The notes under the pieces were generated by a model. That model saw only the letters and a program-made list of their open reading frames with translations. It had not been told where the DNA came from and ran no database searches. From NCBI GenBank assembly GCA_039810125.1, contig JBDHWI010000001.1, forward strand, positions 2,695 to 66,694: 64,000 nt of DNA, read 5' to 3'. Shown here piece by piece: positions 1 to 9,386 of the stretch. Within the stretch, counting starts at the first letter, position 1. Every line of letters begins with the position of its first letter. The translations under genes and the position numbers were made by a program. This DNA is from Thermoflexales bacterium. Its GTDB lineage: Bacteria > Chloroflexota > Anaerolineae > J036 > Brachytrichaceae.

Positions 1-30
1 GGTGGTGTCGTTTGCAGAGGAGATGTGATC

Positions 31-948
31 ATGCGCATGCCATCGATCAAGCTGAACAACCCCCTCCACCTCAATCCAGTGGCTGTGCGCGAATTTGTTT
101 CGCGCATGCGGAGCGCGCGCGCATACACCATCATCACGATCTACCTCGCCATCGTCAGCGCGTTGGGAGTGCTGTTGTATGCCGTGAGTTTTCTCACGAG
201 CACTCGCACCATTGGCAGCAGCGGACAGGTCGGCACAGTGGTGTTTTCTTTTCTGGTTGGGATGCAGGTGTTGCTGGTCAGTTTTCTGACGCCGGCATTC
301 ACCGTCAGCGCCATCAGCAGTGAGCGCGAACAAGGCACCTTCGATCTATTGCGCGCCACGCTTGTCTCGCCGCGCCAGATCGTGCTGGCGAAATTGCTGT
401 CGTCCATCGGATTTACGCTGGTGTTGATCGTCGCCACGCTGCCGCTGTTTTCGCTGGCGTTTTTGCTGGGCGGGGTGGAGCCGGTGGAATTGCTGATCGT
501 GCTGTGTGTGGTGTTGTCGTCGGCGCTGTTTTTCTCGCTCCTGGGGCTGTATGCGTCGGCGCGCTCGCGCACAACGCTGGGCGCAACGGTGATTACCTAT
601 GCTGTCACGCTCGGCATCGTGGTTGGCATCCCGCTGGCCTCATTGATTGGCTCCTCGACGATTCAGCTGGCATTGCTGTCCGGCGGGCGCTCTGCAACCA
701 TTGCCAGCCTCGCGGAAACGCTGCTCACGTTTGCCATCAGCTTCAGCCCAATCAGCGCGGTGGTTGCCAGCCAGCGCTTCTTCGCCATCACCGGTGATGT
801 ATGGCGCTTCAACCCGGCTTTTGTGTCGAGCGCGCTTTCGGTGACTACGCCTTCGCCATTCCTGATCCTGACGTTCACCTATCTCATCGCCAGCGCGGTG
901 CTGTTCGCCTTGTGCGTGCGGCGCGTGTCGCGCAGTGAGCCTGGGTGA
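31..948 (+). CDS. ABC-2 type (NosY-like) transporter permease
   Basis: ORF 25..948 opens with GTG at 25. ATG at 31 lies 8 nt after GGAG (19-22). About 6 hydrophobic helices and a conserved N-terminal NPVAVREF..R..Y segment typical of ABC-2 permeases. Any partner ATPase would lie upstream of the window. Confidence 0.6.
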   Translation: MRMPSIKLNNPLHLNPVAVREFVSRMRSARAYTIITIYLAIVSALGVLLYAVSFLTSTRTIGSSGQVGTVVFSFLVGMQVLLVSFLTPAFTVSAISSEREQGTFDLLRATLVSPRQIVLAKLLSSIGFTLVLIVATLPLFSLAFLLGGVEPVELLIVLCVVLSSALFFSLLGLYASARSRTTLGATVITYAVTLGIVVGIPLASLIGSSTIQLALLSGGRSATIASLAETLLTFAISFSPISAVVASQRFFAITGDVWRFNPAFVSSALSVTTPSPFLILTFTYLIASAVLFALCVRRVSRSEPG

Positions 949-954
949 CACAAG

Positions 955-1785
955 CTAATTCCACTTCGACGCCTGGTCGCTGAGATGCTTGACGAAGTTG
1001 CGGATGACGCCGGCGTCCTGCGCGTTCGGCCACGCGCTCAGGTAATGCTCCAGCAGATCGATGGCCTGCCGGCGCCTGCCCATTTGCCCATACAGCACGC
1101 CGAGGTTGCGCATCTCGGGAATGTCATCCGGGTTCAGCGCCAGCAACCGCTCAATCACCATTGCTGCCCGCGGGAAATCACTTGCCGCCGCATAGAAGTT
1201 TTTAAGGTTGTTCAGCATGCGCGTCAGAATGTAACGCGGCTGCACCGGACTCAGGAATGATTCGTGGAAGGGCAGTGCGCCGCCAGTGATTGCCTCCACT
1301 CGCCGGCGGCAATCCTCCTCGCTCAGCACCTGCCCGCCATGAAACGGGTCAAGATAGACCACCTCGCCGCCCTTTAGCGCGACGCGCACGATGAAATGCC
1401 CGGGCAGGCCGACGCCCTCAGCGCGAATATCCACGCGCTTTGCTATCTCAAGGTACAGCACTGAGAGCGAGATGGGGATGCCCAGCCGGCGCTCCAGCAC
1501 TTCGTTCAGGAAGCTGTTGCGCGGGTCGGCATAATCGTCGGCATTGCCGCTGAAACCCAACTCCTCAAATAGAAATTCAGCCAGCGTGAGCGCCGGCAGG
1601 TCGGTCGAATGCACCGTGTGATCTGCGGCATCGGCCAGCCGGTCGAAGCGATCGAGGTAGCCGGCAACATCCAGATCGGGATATTCGAACTTGCCCATCA
1701 CCAGCGCTGCGCGGGCGAGGTTGATGCCGGCGGTTTGCACTTCGCCGGCGAATGCATCCAATGCCGCGTCATTCGGAATTTTCAT
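955..1785 (-). CDS. SirB1/YchA-like transglutaminase-like protein with C-terminal TPR
   Basis: ATG at 1785. Segment NSFLNEVLERRLGIPISLSVLYLEIAKR and the C-terminal TPR-like ERLLALNPDD..NLGVLYGQMGRRRQAIDLLEHYL. Confidence 0.6.
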   Translation of the reverse strand: MKIPNDAALDAFAGEVQTAGINLARAALVMGKFEYPDLDVAGYLDRFDRLADAADHTVHSTDLPALTLAEFLFEELGFSGNADDYADPRNSFLNEVLERRLGIPISLSVLYLEIAKRVDIRAEGVGLPGHFIVRVALKGGEVVYLDPFHGGQVLSEEDCRRRVEAITGGALPFHESFLSPVQPRYILTRMLNNLKNFYAAASDFPRAAMVIERLLALNPDDIPEMRNLGVLYGQMGRRRQAIDLLEHYLSAWPNAQDAGVIRNFVKHLSDQASKWN

Positions 1786-1850
1786 GGCTCGTTTTGATCT
1801 CCCTGGCGCTGGGTGCGCGCCCTCGCGCCGGCTGGAGTACTATTCGCGTC

Positions 1851-2552
1851 ATGGCATCGAAGGAATTGATCGGAACACGCGTGGATATTTTAGACAAGGG
1901 CTTCGTGGAACTCCAGGACATGATGGGCGATGATCTTGCCATTGTCAACGCGGCGCGCGTCTCGTTTCTGGGCGAGACGAAAGGCAGCGACAAGGACAAG
2001 AAACTGCTGCTTTATCTCTTGCAGCACCGTCACACCAGTCCCTTTGAGCAGGTGGAGTTCAAGTTTCGCGTGCGCGCGCCGGTGGTGACGTGGTGGCAGT
2101 GGGTGCGCCATCGCACATGGAGCTTCAATGCGCAGTCGGGGCGCTATGTTGCCTTTGAGGAAAATGATTTTTACACGCCGGCGATTTGGCGCAAGCAATC
2201 GCCCTCGAACAAGCAGGCCAGCCTCGGCGAGGTGACGCTGGAGGAGGGCACAGAATTAACGCAGGATTTGCTCGCGCACTACGAGCGCGGCTACCAACTC
2301 TATGAAAAGGCGCTGGGTATGGGTGTGGCGCGCGAGCAAGCGCGCATCTTCCTGCCCGGTTTTGCAGTGTATTACACCTGGGTGTGCAAGGTGGATGCGC
2401 ACAACCTCATGCACTTTCTAAGCCTGCGCATGGCCGAGGATGCGCAGTATGAGATTCGCGTATATGCGCAAGCCATCTACGCCCATTTCTTCAAGCCGGC
2501 GCTGCCGTGGACGGCGGAGGCATTTGAGAGATTCATCCTGGGCAAAGCCTAA
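1851..2552 (+). CDS. thyX: flavin-dependent thymidylate synthase
   Basis: ThyX signature RHRTWSFNAQSGRY (RHRxxSxxxxSxR). ATG at 1851 (MASKELIG). The longer ORF from 1752 overlaps the divergent gene and has no homology-like sequence. Confidence 0.9.
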   Translation: MASKELIGTRVDILDKGFVELQDMMGDDLAIVNAARVSFLGETKGSDKDKKLLLYLLQHRHTSPFEQVEFKFRVRAPVVTWWQWVRHRTWSFNAQSGRYVAFEENDFYTPAIWRKQSPSNKQASLGEVTLEEGTELTQDLLAHYERGYQLYEKALGMGVAREQARIFLPGFAVYYTWVCKVDAHNLMHFLSLRMAEDAQYEIRVYAQAIYAHFFKPALPWTAEAFERFILGKA

Positions 2553-2603
2553 AGCGATTGGGCTTGTTCGCATCCCAATCCCCTTCATGGGAGGGAGCAA
2601 GAC

Positions 2604-3791
2604 GTGATCTCATACAAAGATGCACTGCGCAACGAGCGCTGGCATGCAGCGGAGGTTTTCCTCGCCACGCCGGCGCTTGTCGTTCTCCAGCAATATGTGC
2701 CAGTGCTGGTCACGCGGCTTGGCGCATCGCCGTTGCTGCTTGGCCTGCTCACCTCGGGCGCCGCAGTGATGCTGGTGCTGGCTTCGTCGCTTGGCCAGTT
2801 CTGGCTGCAACGGATGCCGCACTGGCGGCCAGCGATGTTCATCCCGCTGATGCTGTGGCGCAGTGCGTTGTTGGCGGTGCCGCTGCTGTTGCTGTTGCCA
2901 GCGGGTCAGGCCGAAGCCATCGTTGCGCTGGTGGTGCTGCTCAACTTCGCTGCAGGCTTCAGCAACTACACCTTCACGTCTTATCTGCCGCGCATGACGC
3001 TGTCTGACCGGTTGGCGCGACTGGTCAGCCTGCGCTGGACGATGCTCGGCCTCGGCATGGCGCTGTTCACGGTCATCCTGGCCGCCCTGCTCGATGCCTT
3101 TCGCATCCCGGTGAACTATGCCGTCGTGTGCGCGCTGGCATTTGTCATTGGCGTTGCCGGCGCGTGGTGTCTGATGCAGACCAGGCCAGAGCCATTGACG
3201 AAGGGCGGCAAGGGCAAGCCGCGCGCAAAGTTGAGTGAGATCCTCTCCCATGTGCCGGCGCGGAAATATCTGCTCGTCACACTGCTGGCGCAGATTGCGC
3301 TCAATGCGCCAGGGCCGCTGGTGACGCTGCAGATGGTGCGTGTGCTCGGCGCAACCAACATTGAATATGGCTGGTATCTTGCGATTTTCTGGATCAGCCT
3401 GGCTGCGTTTGGGCTGGTCGTGCCAATGCTGGTTGACCGCTATGGCAACACCAGAATTTTTGCTGCCGGCTGCATCGGGCTGGGTGCGCAGTTGGTCATC
3501 CTCGCGCTTGCGACTTCCCTGCCGGTGACGTGGATCGCTGGTTTTGCCGGCGGCATCACCTCGGTCATGTTCCAGGTGACTGGCTTTGGGTTGCTGGTGC
3601 AGTCTGCACCGCCGGAGAAGTACGAGGGCTTCGTCGGCATTCACCAGATGGTGGTGAACTTCTCTGTCTTCGTTGGCCCGCTGTTGATGACTGCGCTGAT
3701 CGACGTGGGATTGTCGATTGCGGTCGGCATGTTGATGGCGGCGGCTGCGCGCGTTGTGGCCGGCGTGCTGGCTCTGCGAATGGCGAAGTGA
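2604..3791 (+). CDS. MFS transporter
   Basis: GTG at 2604 preceded by GGGAGG (2590-2596). About 12 hydrophobic helices split by a basic central loop (KGGKGKPRAK). Confidence 0.7.
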   Translation: MISYKDALRNERWHAAEVFLATPALVVLQQYVPVLVTRLGASPLLLGLLTSGAAVMLVLASSLGQFWLQRMPHWRPAMFIPLMLWRSALLAVPLLLLLPAGQAEAIVALVVLLNFAAGFSNYTFTSYLPRMTLSDRLARLVSLRWTMLGLGMALFTVILAALLDAFRIPVNYAVVCALAFVIGVAGAWCLMQTRPEPLTKGGKGKPRAKLSEILSHVPARKYLLVTLLAQIALNAPGPLVTLQMVRVLGATNIEYGWYLAIFWISLAAFGLVVPMLVDRYGNTRIFAAGCIGLGAQLVILALATSLPVTWIAGFAGGITSVMFQVTGFGLLVQSAPPEKYEGFVGIHQMVVNFSVFVGPLLMTALIDVGLSIAVGMLMAAAARVVAGVLALRMAK

Positions 3792-3881
3792 GCGGGGAAT
3801 GCGCGATTGGGACGTTGAGCTATTGCATGGTCTATCGCGCCGTGCAATGCCCCGTTGTCCCAATCGCTCAATCTGCAATCG

Positions 3882-4232
3882 CTAGTAGTACAGCCCCCAG
3901 TTTGCCGCTGCCTGATCCTCCATCATCGTCGGCTCCCACATCTCCAGCCCCATCGTCACCTTGGCGACGCGCTCGGCTGTTTCCTGCGTGGTCTGCTTGA
4001 CTTGTTCGACCATCGCCGGCCCATACGGACAGAATGGCGTGGTCAGGATCATCGTCACATTCACTTCGTCTTGTGAAACTTCCAGTTTGCGGATGAGACC
4101 CAGTTCAACCACGCTCATGCCGAGTTCGGGGTCATAGACCTGGCGCAACGCAGTGCGCACCTTGTTCTCAATCTCAAGCGCTTCACCCATCGGCGCTTTG
4201 TTGTCAGTAGTGTTGTTGGCTTGCTCGCTCAT
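3882..4232 (-). CDS. DUF59/MIP18-family Fe-S cluster assembly protein (SufT/PaaD-like)
   Basis: ATG at 4232 with AGGAG upstream. Core VYDPELGMSVVELGLI...TTPFCPYGP is typical of DUF59. Confidence 0.75.
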   Translation of the reverse strand: MSEQANNTTDNKAPMGEALEIENKVRTALRQVYDPELGMSVVELGLIRKLEVSQDEVNVTMILTTPFCPYGPAMVEQVKQTTQETAERVAKVTMGLEMWEPTMMEDQAAANWGLYY

Positions 4233-4402
4233 GTGCCATCTCCTTCAACATTTTTGCTGCCCTTGCAGCGAAATAGATTATAGCCATCCGAATGATGCGG
4301 AGATGATAGCTGCTTGATCGATTGTTTTGCGCCTCGCAATTCGCAAACCAGGCCAGGCGTCCGCCATTGCGAATCCATTGCGCCCCTACAATCGTGCAGA
4401 TC

Positions 4403-5578
4403 ATGAAGATTACAGGCGTTCGCTTCAAACCATACGAGATCACCCTGACGCGCTCGCTGGGCGATGCCAACGGGCCGCATGGCAATACGCGCATGGCGCT
4501 GATGGCGGTCTATCTCGACACTGACGAAGGCGTGACCGGCATCTCGCTCAGTAGCCCGGGCGCGCAGGGCGCCATCGCCGGCCTGGTCGATGGGTTGATC
4601 GCCGGCCATGATCCGCGCGGTGTGCGCGGACTGTGGAAGCGCATGATGGACCATGCCTTCAAGGGCGGGAACCGCGGTGCGATCACCGGCAGCATTGCCA
4701 GCATCGACATTGCACTGTGGGATTTGAAGGCGAAGATCAACCGCGAGCCGCTGTGGCGCGCGCTCGGCGGATCTTCGCGGCGGGTGAAGGGCTATGCCAG
4801 TGACATCGGCCTGAGCTTGAGCGACGATGCGCTGCGCGCGTTCTATGAGCGGCTCGCCGCGCAGGGCATGAACGCCGGCAAGGTCAAGGTTGGTCTCAAT
4901 CTGGAAGACGATCATCGCCGGATAGGCATCATGCGCGACGCGCTGGCGAAGAGCGGCAAAACGCCGCTGCTGATGATCGACTCAAATGAGTATTGGTCGC
5001 CGAAGCAGGCCATTCGCCACATTCGCGAATTGGAGAAGACCTACGATCTGTTCTGGGTGGAGGAGCCGGCGCGGCGCTGGGACTATCGCGGCTTGCGCAA
5101 GGTGTCGCAGAGCGTGAATGCTGCTGTCGCCACTGGCGAAAACCTGCACGACATCGGCGACTACATGGCGTTGATTGCGAATGAGGCCGCTGATGTGTAC
5201 CAGATCGGCATCGGCACGTCCGGCATCACCGGCGCGATGATGGTGGCCGACATGGCGCACGGCTTTGAGCATCCTGTCTCGTTGATGAACTGCCCAGCCA
5301 ACTTCATGGCGCATCTCGGCACGGCGTTGCCAAACCACAACATGATCGAGGTGCTGGACGCCGGCGTTGATCAGGGCATGATCCATCGCCACACGGTTGA
5401 GGATGGCTATGTGACGCTGAGTGACGATCCAGGACTGGGCATCGCCTTCGATGAGGTGAAGCTCGATGCGTGGCGTGTCGAGTGGCCGTCGGCAGAGGCG
5501 AAGATGCCGTTTCCACGCCGGCGGGGCGCAGGGCTGTATGAAGTGCCGCTGACTGAGCCGGATGAATTGCCAGACTGA
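4403..5578 (+). CDS. enolase-superfamily enzyme (mandelate racemase/muconate lactonizing family)
   Basis: ATG at 4403 (MKITGVRF). Barrel-domain metal-ligand segments MIDSNEYW, FWVEEP, ATGENL. Confidence 0.8.
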   Translation: MKITGVRFKPYEITLTRSLGDANGPHGNTRMALMAVYLDTDEGVTGISLSSPGAQGAIAGLVDGLIAGHDPRGVRGLWKRMMDHAFKGGNRGAITGSIASIDIALWDLKAKINREPLWRALGGSSRRVKGYASDIGLSLSDDALRAFYERLAAQGMNAGKVKVGLNLEDDHRRIGIMRDALAKSGKTPLLMIDSNEYWSPKQAIRHIRELEKTYDLFWVEEPARRWDYRGLRKVSQSVNAAVATGENLHDIGDYMALIANEAADVYQIGIGTSGITGAMMVADMAHGFEHPVSLMNCPANFMAHLGTALPNHNMIEVLDAGVDQGMIHRHTVEDGYVTLSDDPGLGIAFDEVKLDAWRVEWPSAEAKMPFPRRRGAGLYEVPLTEPDELPD

Positions 5579-5655
5579 AAAGATCGCCGCTATATAATCG
5601 CCGCGCTATCGAAAAGTTGTTCGCAAAAATTGTTCGCAAGGAAAGCCACTGACTC

Positions 5656-7056
5656 ATGCGTCAAAACACCCTCATCAGGCTGATCCTCGTCATCGCATTG
5701 ATTGCGATGTCAGTCTACATTGTCATCCCCGTGCCGAAGCCTGATCCCATCAAGAGCCTCGTCTTCTGGCAAGAGCCGCGCAGCCGTGATTTGCAGATCA
5801 AGCAGGGTCTCGACTTGAAGGGCGGCCTGCAAGTGCTGCTGGCGAGCGACCTGCCAGGCGGCGTGACGCCGACCGAGGCGCAAATGGAATCGGCCAAGCG
5901 CATCATCGAAGATCGCGTCAATGGGCTTGGCGTGTCCGAGCCTATTGTGCAGCTTCAGGCCGACAACCGCATCCTGGTGGAACTGCCAGGCGTGACGGAT
6001 CGCCAACTGGCGATCGACCTGATCAAGCAGACCGGCCAACTGGAATTTGTGGATGGCGGTTTCAACCCGCCGGCGGAAGGCACAGTCATCTCGACCACCT
6101 ATGGCGCATTTGGCTCGATGCTGTTTCCGCAAACCAGCCCGAATGCCAAACCGATCACTGCGACGGAGCAGACACCTAGCGTGTGGCCGACGGCGTTCAC
6201 TGGCGAGGTGCTTGCCTCAGCCGATGCGCAGTTGGATAACGTGGGCCGGCATATCGTGCAGTTTGCCGTGCGCGCGCAAGATCAAGAGGTGTTTCGCCAG
6301 TTCACATCCAGCCGGCAGCAGCAGGCGCTGTGCATTGTGCTGGACAGGACTGTGCTTTCATGCCCGCGCATTCAGGCCGTGCTGAGTGACAGCGGCTCGA
6401 TCACTGGCAACTTTACGCTGGAGGGCGCGCGGCAGTTGGCGCTGATCTTGAGCTACGGCTCGTTGCCGGTGCCGTTGAAGTTGGAGACCACGCGCGACGT
6501 GGGCGCGACGCTCGGCGCAGATTCCATTCGCCAGAGCCTGATCGCCGGCGTCATCGCGCTCATCGCGTTGATGACCTTCATGATCATCTACTACCGCCTG
6601 CCCGGGTTGCTATCGGTGGTGTCGCTGATCTTCTTTACGGTCGCCACGCTCGCCATCTTTGTGTTGCTGCCGGTCACGCTTACCTTGCCGGGCATCGCCG
6701 GCTTTATCTTATCCATCGCCACCGCCGTCGACGCGAACATCCTCGTCTTTGAGCGATTCAAAGAGGAATTGCGTGGCGGGCGCACGTTGCGCGGCGGGGT
6801 GGAAGCTGCCTTCCAGCGCGCCTGGCCATCGATTCGCGACTCGAACATGAGCACGCTGCTGGTTTGCGCCATCCTGTTCATCTTCGGCAACACCTTCGGC
6901 GCAAGCGCAGTGAAGGGTTTCGCCATCACACTGGCGCTCGGCATCCTCGTCAGCTTGTTTGCCGCCATGTTCGTCACCCGCACGATGATGCGGCTGGTGT
7001 TCTCGGAATCCACCACTGAAGCCGTTGAGGAGCGCCGCGCGCTTTTGGGCGTCTAG
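5656..7056 (+). CDS. secD: protein translocase subunit SecD
   Basis: N-terminal TM helix, a periplasmic domain with LGLDLKGG, and the C-terminal 6-TM SecD/F domain (AVDANILVFERFKEE). Confidence 0.9.
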   Translation: MRQNTLIRLILVIALIAMSVYIVIPVPKPDPIKSLVFWQEPRSRDLQIKQGLDLKGGLQVLLASDLPGGVTPTEAQMESAKRIIEDRVNGLGVSEPIVQLQADNRILVELPGVTDRQLAIDLIKQTGQLEFVDGGFNPPAEGTVISTTYGAFGSMLFPQTSPNAKPITATEQTPSVWPTAFTGEVLASADAQLDNVGRHIVQFAVRAQDQEVFRQFTSSRQQQALCIVLDRTVLSCPRIQAVLSDSGSITGNFTLEGARQLALILSYGSLPVPLKLETTRDVGATLGADSIRQSLIAGVIALIALMTFMIIYYRLPGLLSVVSLIFFTVATLAIFVLLPVTLTLPGIAGFILSIATAVDANILVFERFKEELRGGRTLRGGVEAAFQRAWPSIRDSNMSTLLVCAILFIFGNTFGASAVKGFAITLALGILVSLFAAMFVTRTMMRLVFSESTTEAVEERRALLGV

Positions 7057-7063
7057 GAGCAGC

Positions 7064-8032
7064 ATGTTCAATATATTCAAGATCGTCGAGAACCGCCGGT
7101 TTTACTTCATCCTCTCGTTGATCGTCATCATCCCCGGCATCATCGCGATGCTCTACAACGTCATCACGCTGCCGACGCACACACCGTGGAAGCTCAGCCC
7201 CGACTTCCTCGCCGGCAACCGCTTCGAACTGGCGTTCAGCGGCCCGATCAGCGAAGACCAGATTCGTGGCGTGTTCAACCAGTTTGGCATCACCAACCCG
7301 GCCGTCACTCGGCTGGGCGTCGAGGCCGACAACATCTGGCAGGTGCGCACCATCTTCATCGAAGGTCAGCAGGCGCAGCAGATTCGCACCGCGCTGAACG
7401 CAATCGCCCCGCTGGATGAAGGGCGCTCATCCGTGCAATCGGTCAGCCCGACGGTGGCTTCGCAGGTGACGCAAACGGCGTTGCTCGCCATCGTGGTGGC
7501 ATCGCTCGCCATCCTCGTCTTTATCTGGTGGTCGTTCCGCAAGGCCGAACATTCGATTCGCTACAGCGTGTGCGCGATCGTTGCCATGGTTCACGACGTG
7601 CTGGTGGCCGCCGGCCTCACTGCCATCTTCAGCATCGTGTTCAATTGGGAGATCGACGCGCTGTTCATCACCGCCATGCTCACCGTGCTGGGTTTCTCGG
7701 TGCAGGACACCATCGTGGTGTACGACCGCATTCGCGAGAACCTGACGCGGCGTCGCGGTGAATCGTTTGAGAACATCGTCACGCGCAGCGTGGTCGAGAC
7801 ATTGCATCGCTCGCTCACCATCTCGCTGATCAACATCCTGGTGATGGTGGCGCTGTTGCTGTTCGGCGGCGCGAGCATCAAGCAGTTCATTGCAGTCATG
7901 CTGATCGGTCTGGTCAGCGGCACCTACTCATCGGTGTTCAGCGCTGTGCCGCTGGTGGTGGCGTGGTTCGAGCGCGACCTGTGGGGCACGAAGCACCGCA
8001 TGGCACCGGCCCGCGCGCCAGCGGCGAAGTAG
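7064..8032 (+). CDS. secF: protein translocase subunit SecF
   Basis: ATG at 7064 lies 5 nt after AGGAG that overlaps the secD stop. Conserved GFSVQDTIVVYDRIRE motif. Confidence 0.9.
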   Translation: MFNIFKIVENRRFYFILSLIVIIPGIIAMLYNVITLPTHTPWKLSPDFLAGNRFELAFSGPISEDQIRGVFNQFGITNPAVTRLGVEADNIWQVRTIFIEGQQAQQIRTALNAIAPLDEGRSSVQSVSPTVASQVTQTALLAIVVASLAILVFIWWSFRKAEHSIRYSVCAIVAMVHDVLVAAGLTAIFSIVFNWEIDALFITAMLTVLGFSVQDTIVVYDRIRENLTRRRGESFENIVTRSVVETLHRSLTISLINILVMVALLLFGGASIKQFIAVMLIGLVSGTYSSVFSAVPLVVAWFERDLWGTKHRMAPARAPAAK

Positions 8033-8056
8033 CTGGCGCCAATCAAGAAGCGAATA

Positions 8057-8087
8057 ACGGGATGCGAAGACCTCGCGTCCCGTTTTT
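8057..8087 (+). terminator. rho-independent terminator after secF
   Basis: ACGGGATGCGA / TCGCGTCCCGT forms an 11-bp stem (one G-U pair) with a 5-nt loop, followed by TTTTTATT. Confidence 0.6.
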
Positions 8088-8096
8088 ATTGTGTTC

Positions 8097-9071
8097 ATGG
8101 ACATCGACGTCATCACTTCGAATCTGCTCAACCCGCCAATCCTGTTCTTCTTTCTTGGCATGATCGCTGTTGCGCTGAAGTCCGATCTGGATATGCCGCA
8201 GCCGTTGCCGCGATTGCTGTCGATGTATTTGCTGCTATCGATTGGCTTCAAGGGTGGCGCGGAGTTGCGGCACAGCGCCGGCGGCAGCGCAGTCATTTTG
8301 TCTCTGCTTGCGGCGATGGGGATGGCGCTGGCGGTGCCGGTGGTTGCGTTCTTCATCTTGCGCCGGCGAATGGGCGTCCCAAACGCTGCCGCCATCGCCG
8401 CCACTTACGGCTCGGTCAGCGCAGTCACGTTCATCACCGCCAGCGCATTTCTCGATCATCTGGGCGTGCAGCATGGCGGTCACATGGTCGCCGGCATGGC
8501 GCTGATGGAATCGCCCGCCATCATCGCCGGCGTGGCGCTGGCGCGCATGCATCGTGACACCGGCGAGGACGAGCACCGCAATGGCTGGCGCGAGCTGCTC
8601 CGTGAAGCCCTCTTCAATGGCTCGGTTCTGCTGTTGATCGGCAGCCTGCTGATCGGCATTGTCACTGGCGAGGAGGGCAGCAAGGCGCTCGCACCGTTCA
8701 CGGAGGGTATTTTTAAGGGCGTGTTGTGCCTTTTTCTACTCGACATGGGACTGGTGAGCGCGCGCCGGCTCGCCAACCTGCGCCAGTTGGGCGCATTCCC
8801 CATCGGCTTTGGGCTGCTCATGCCACTGTTCAACGCGACGGTAGCGGTGGGGCTTGCGCGGCTGATTGGCATGGGCGCCGGCGATGCGTTGCTGTTCACC
8901 GTGTTGTGCGCCAGCGCATCCTACATTGCGGTGCCGGCGGCCATGCGCCTCGCGCTCCCTGAAGCCAATCCGGGGGTGTATGTTTCGATGTCGCTCGCGA
9001 TCACCTTCCCGTTTAATGTGGCTTTGGGCATTCCCATTTACATGGCTGTCATCAATCTGCTGTGGCGGTGA
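8097..9071 (+). CDS. sbtA: sodium-dependent bicarbonate transport family permease (SbtA-like, Sbt_1 family)
   Basis: ATG at 8097 (MDIDVITSNLLNPPILFFFLG). About 10 TM helices arranged as two inverted halves separated by a cytoplasmic loop. Immediately followed by a PII-like gene. Confidence 0.75.
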   Translation: MDIDVITSNLLNPPILFFFLGMIAVALKSDLDMPQPLPRLLSMYLLLSIGFKGGAELRHSAGGSAVILSLLAAMGMALAVPVVAFFILRRRMGVPNAAAIAATYGSVSAVTFITASAFLDHLGVQHGGHMVAGMALMESPAIIAGVALARMHRDTGEDEHRNGWRELLREALFNGSVLLLIGSLLIGIVTGEEGSKALAPFTEGIFKGVLCLFLLDMGLVSARRLANLRQLGAFPIGFGLLMPLFNATVAVGLARLIGMGAGDALLFTVLCASASYIAVPAAMRLALPEANPGVYVSMSLAITFPFNVALGIPIYMAVINLLWR

Positions 9072-9074
9072 ACT

Positions 9075-9368
9075 ATGCAAAGGATCAAGCGAATTGAAAT
9101 CATCACCGATGCGATCGAGATGCGCGAAGTGCGGCGCGTTCTGGAACGACATGGCGTCGCCGGCTACACCATCATCCGCGATGTGGAGGGGCAGGGCGCG
9201 CGCGGCGCGCGCACCGGCGACGACCTGACCGACGTGTTCAAGAACAGCTATCTGCTCACCACCTGCGAGGCCGATCAGCTCGAAAATCTGGTTGAGGCCG
9301 TTCGCCCAATCTTGAAGAAGCGTGGCGGCATCTGCCTCGTCTCTGACGCAGAGTGGGTGATGCATTGA
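9075..9368 (+). CDS. sbtB: PII-like signalling protein (SbtB-like)
   Basis: 97 aa, starting 4 nt after the sbtA stop. PII-like fold pattern: KRIEIIT..E...V...L...GV.GYT with a T-loop-like EGQGARGARTGDD. Confidence 0.7.
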   Translation: MQRIKRIEIITDAIEMREVRRVLERHGVAGYTIIRDVEGQGARGARTGDDLTDVFKNSYLLTTCEADQLENLVEAVRPILKKRGGICLVSDAEWVMH

Positions 9369-9386
9369 AGTCTGTTCTGCTTGCAT

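Noticed and set aside
2610-3878. 422-aa minus-strand ORF opposite the MFS transporter
   Set aside because: The extremely Arg/Gln/His-rich, low-complexity translation is a mirror frame of a hydrophobic membrane protein. There is no RBS and no recognisable domain.
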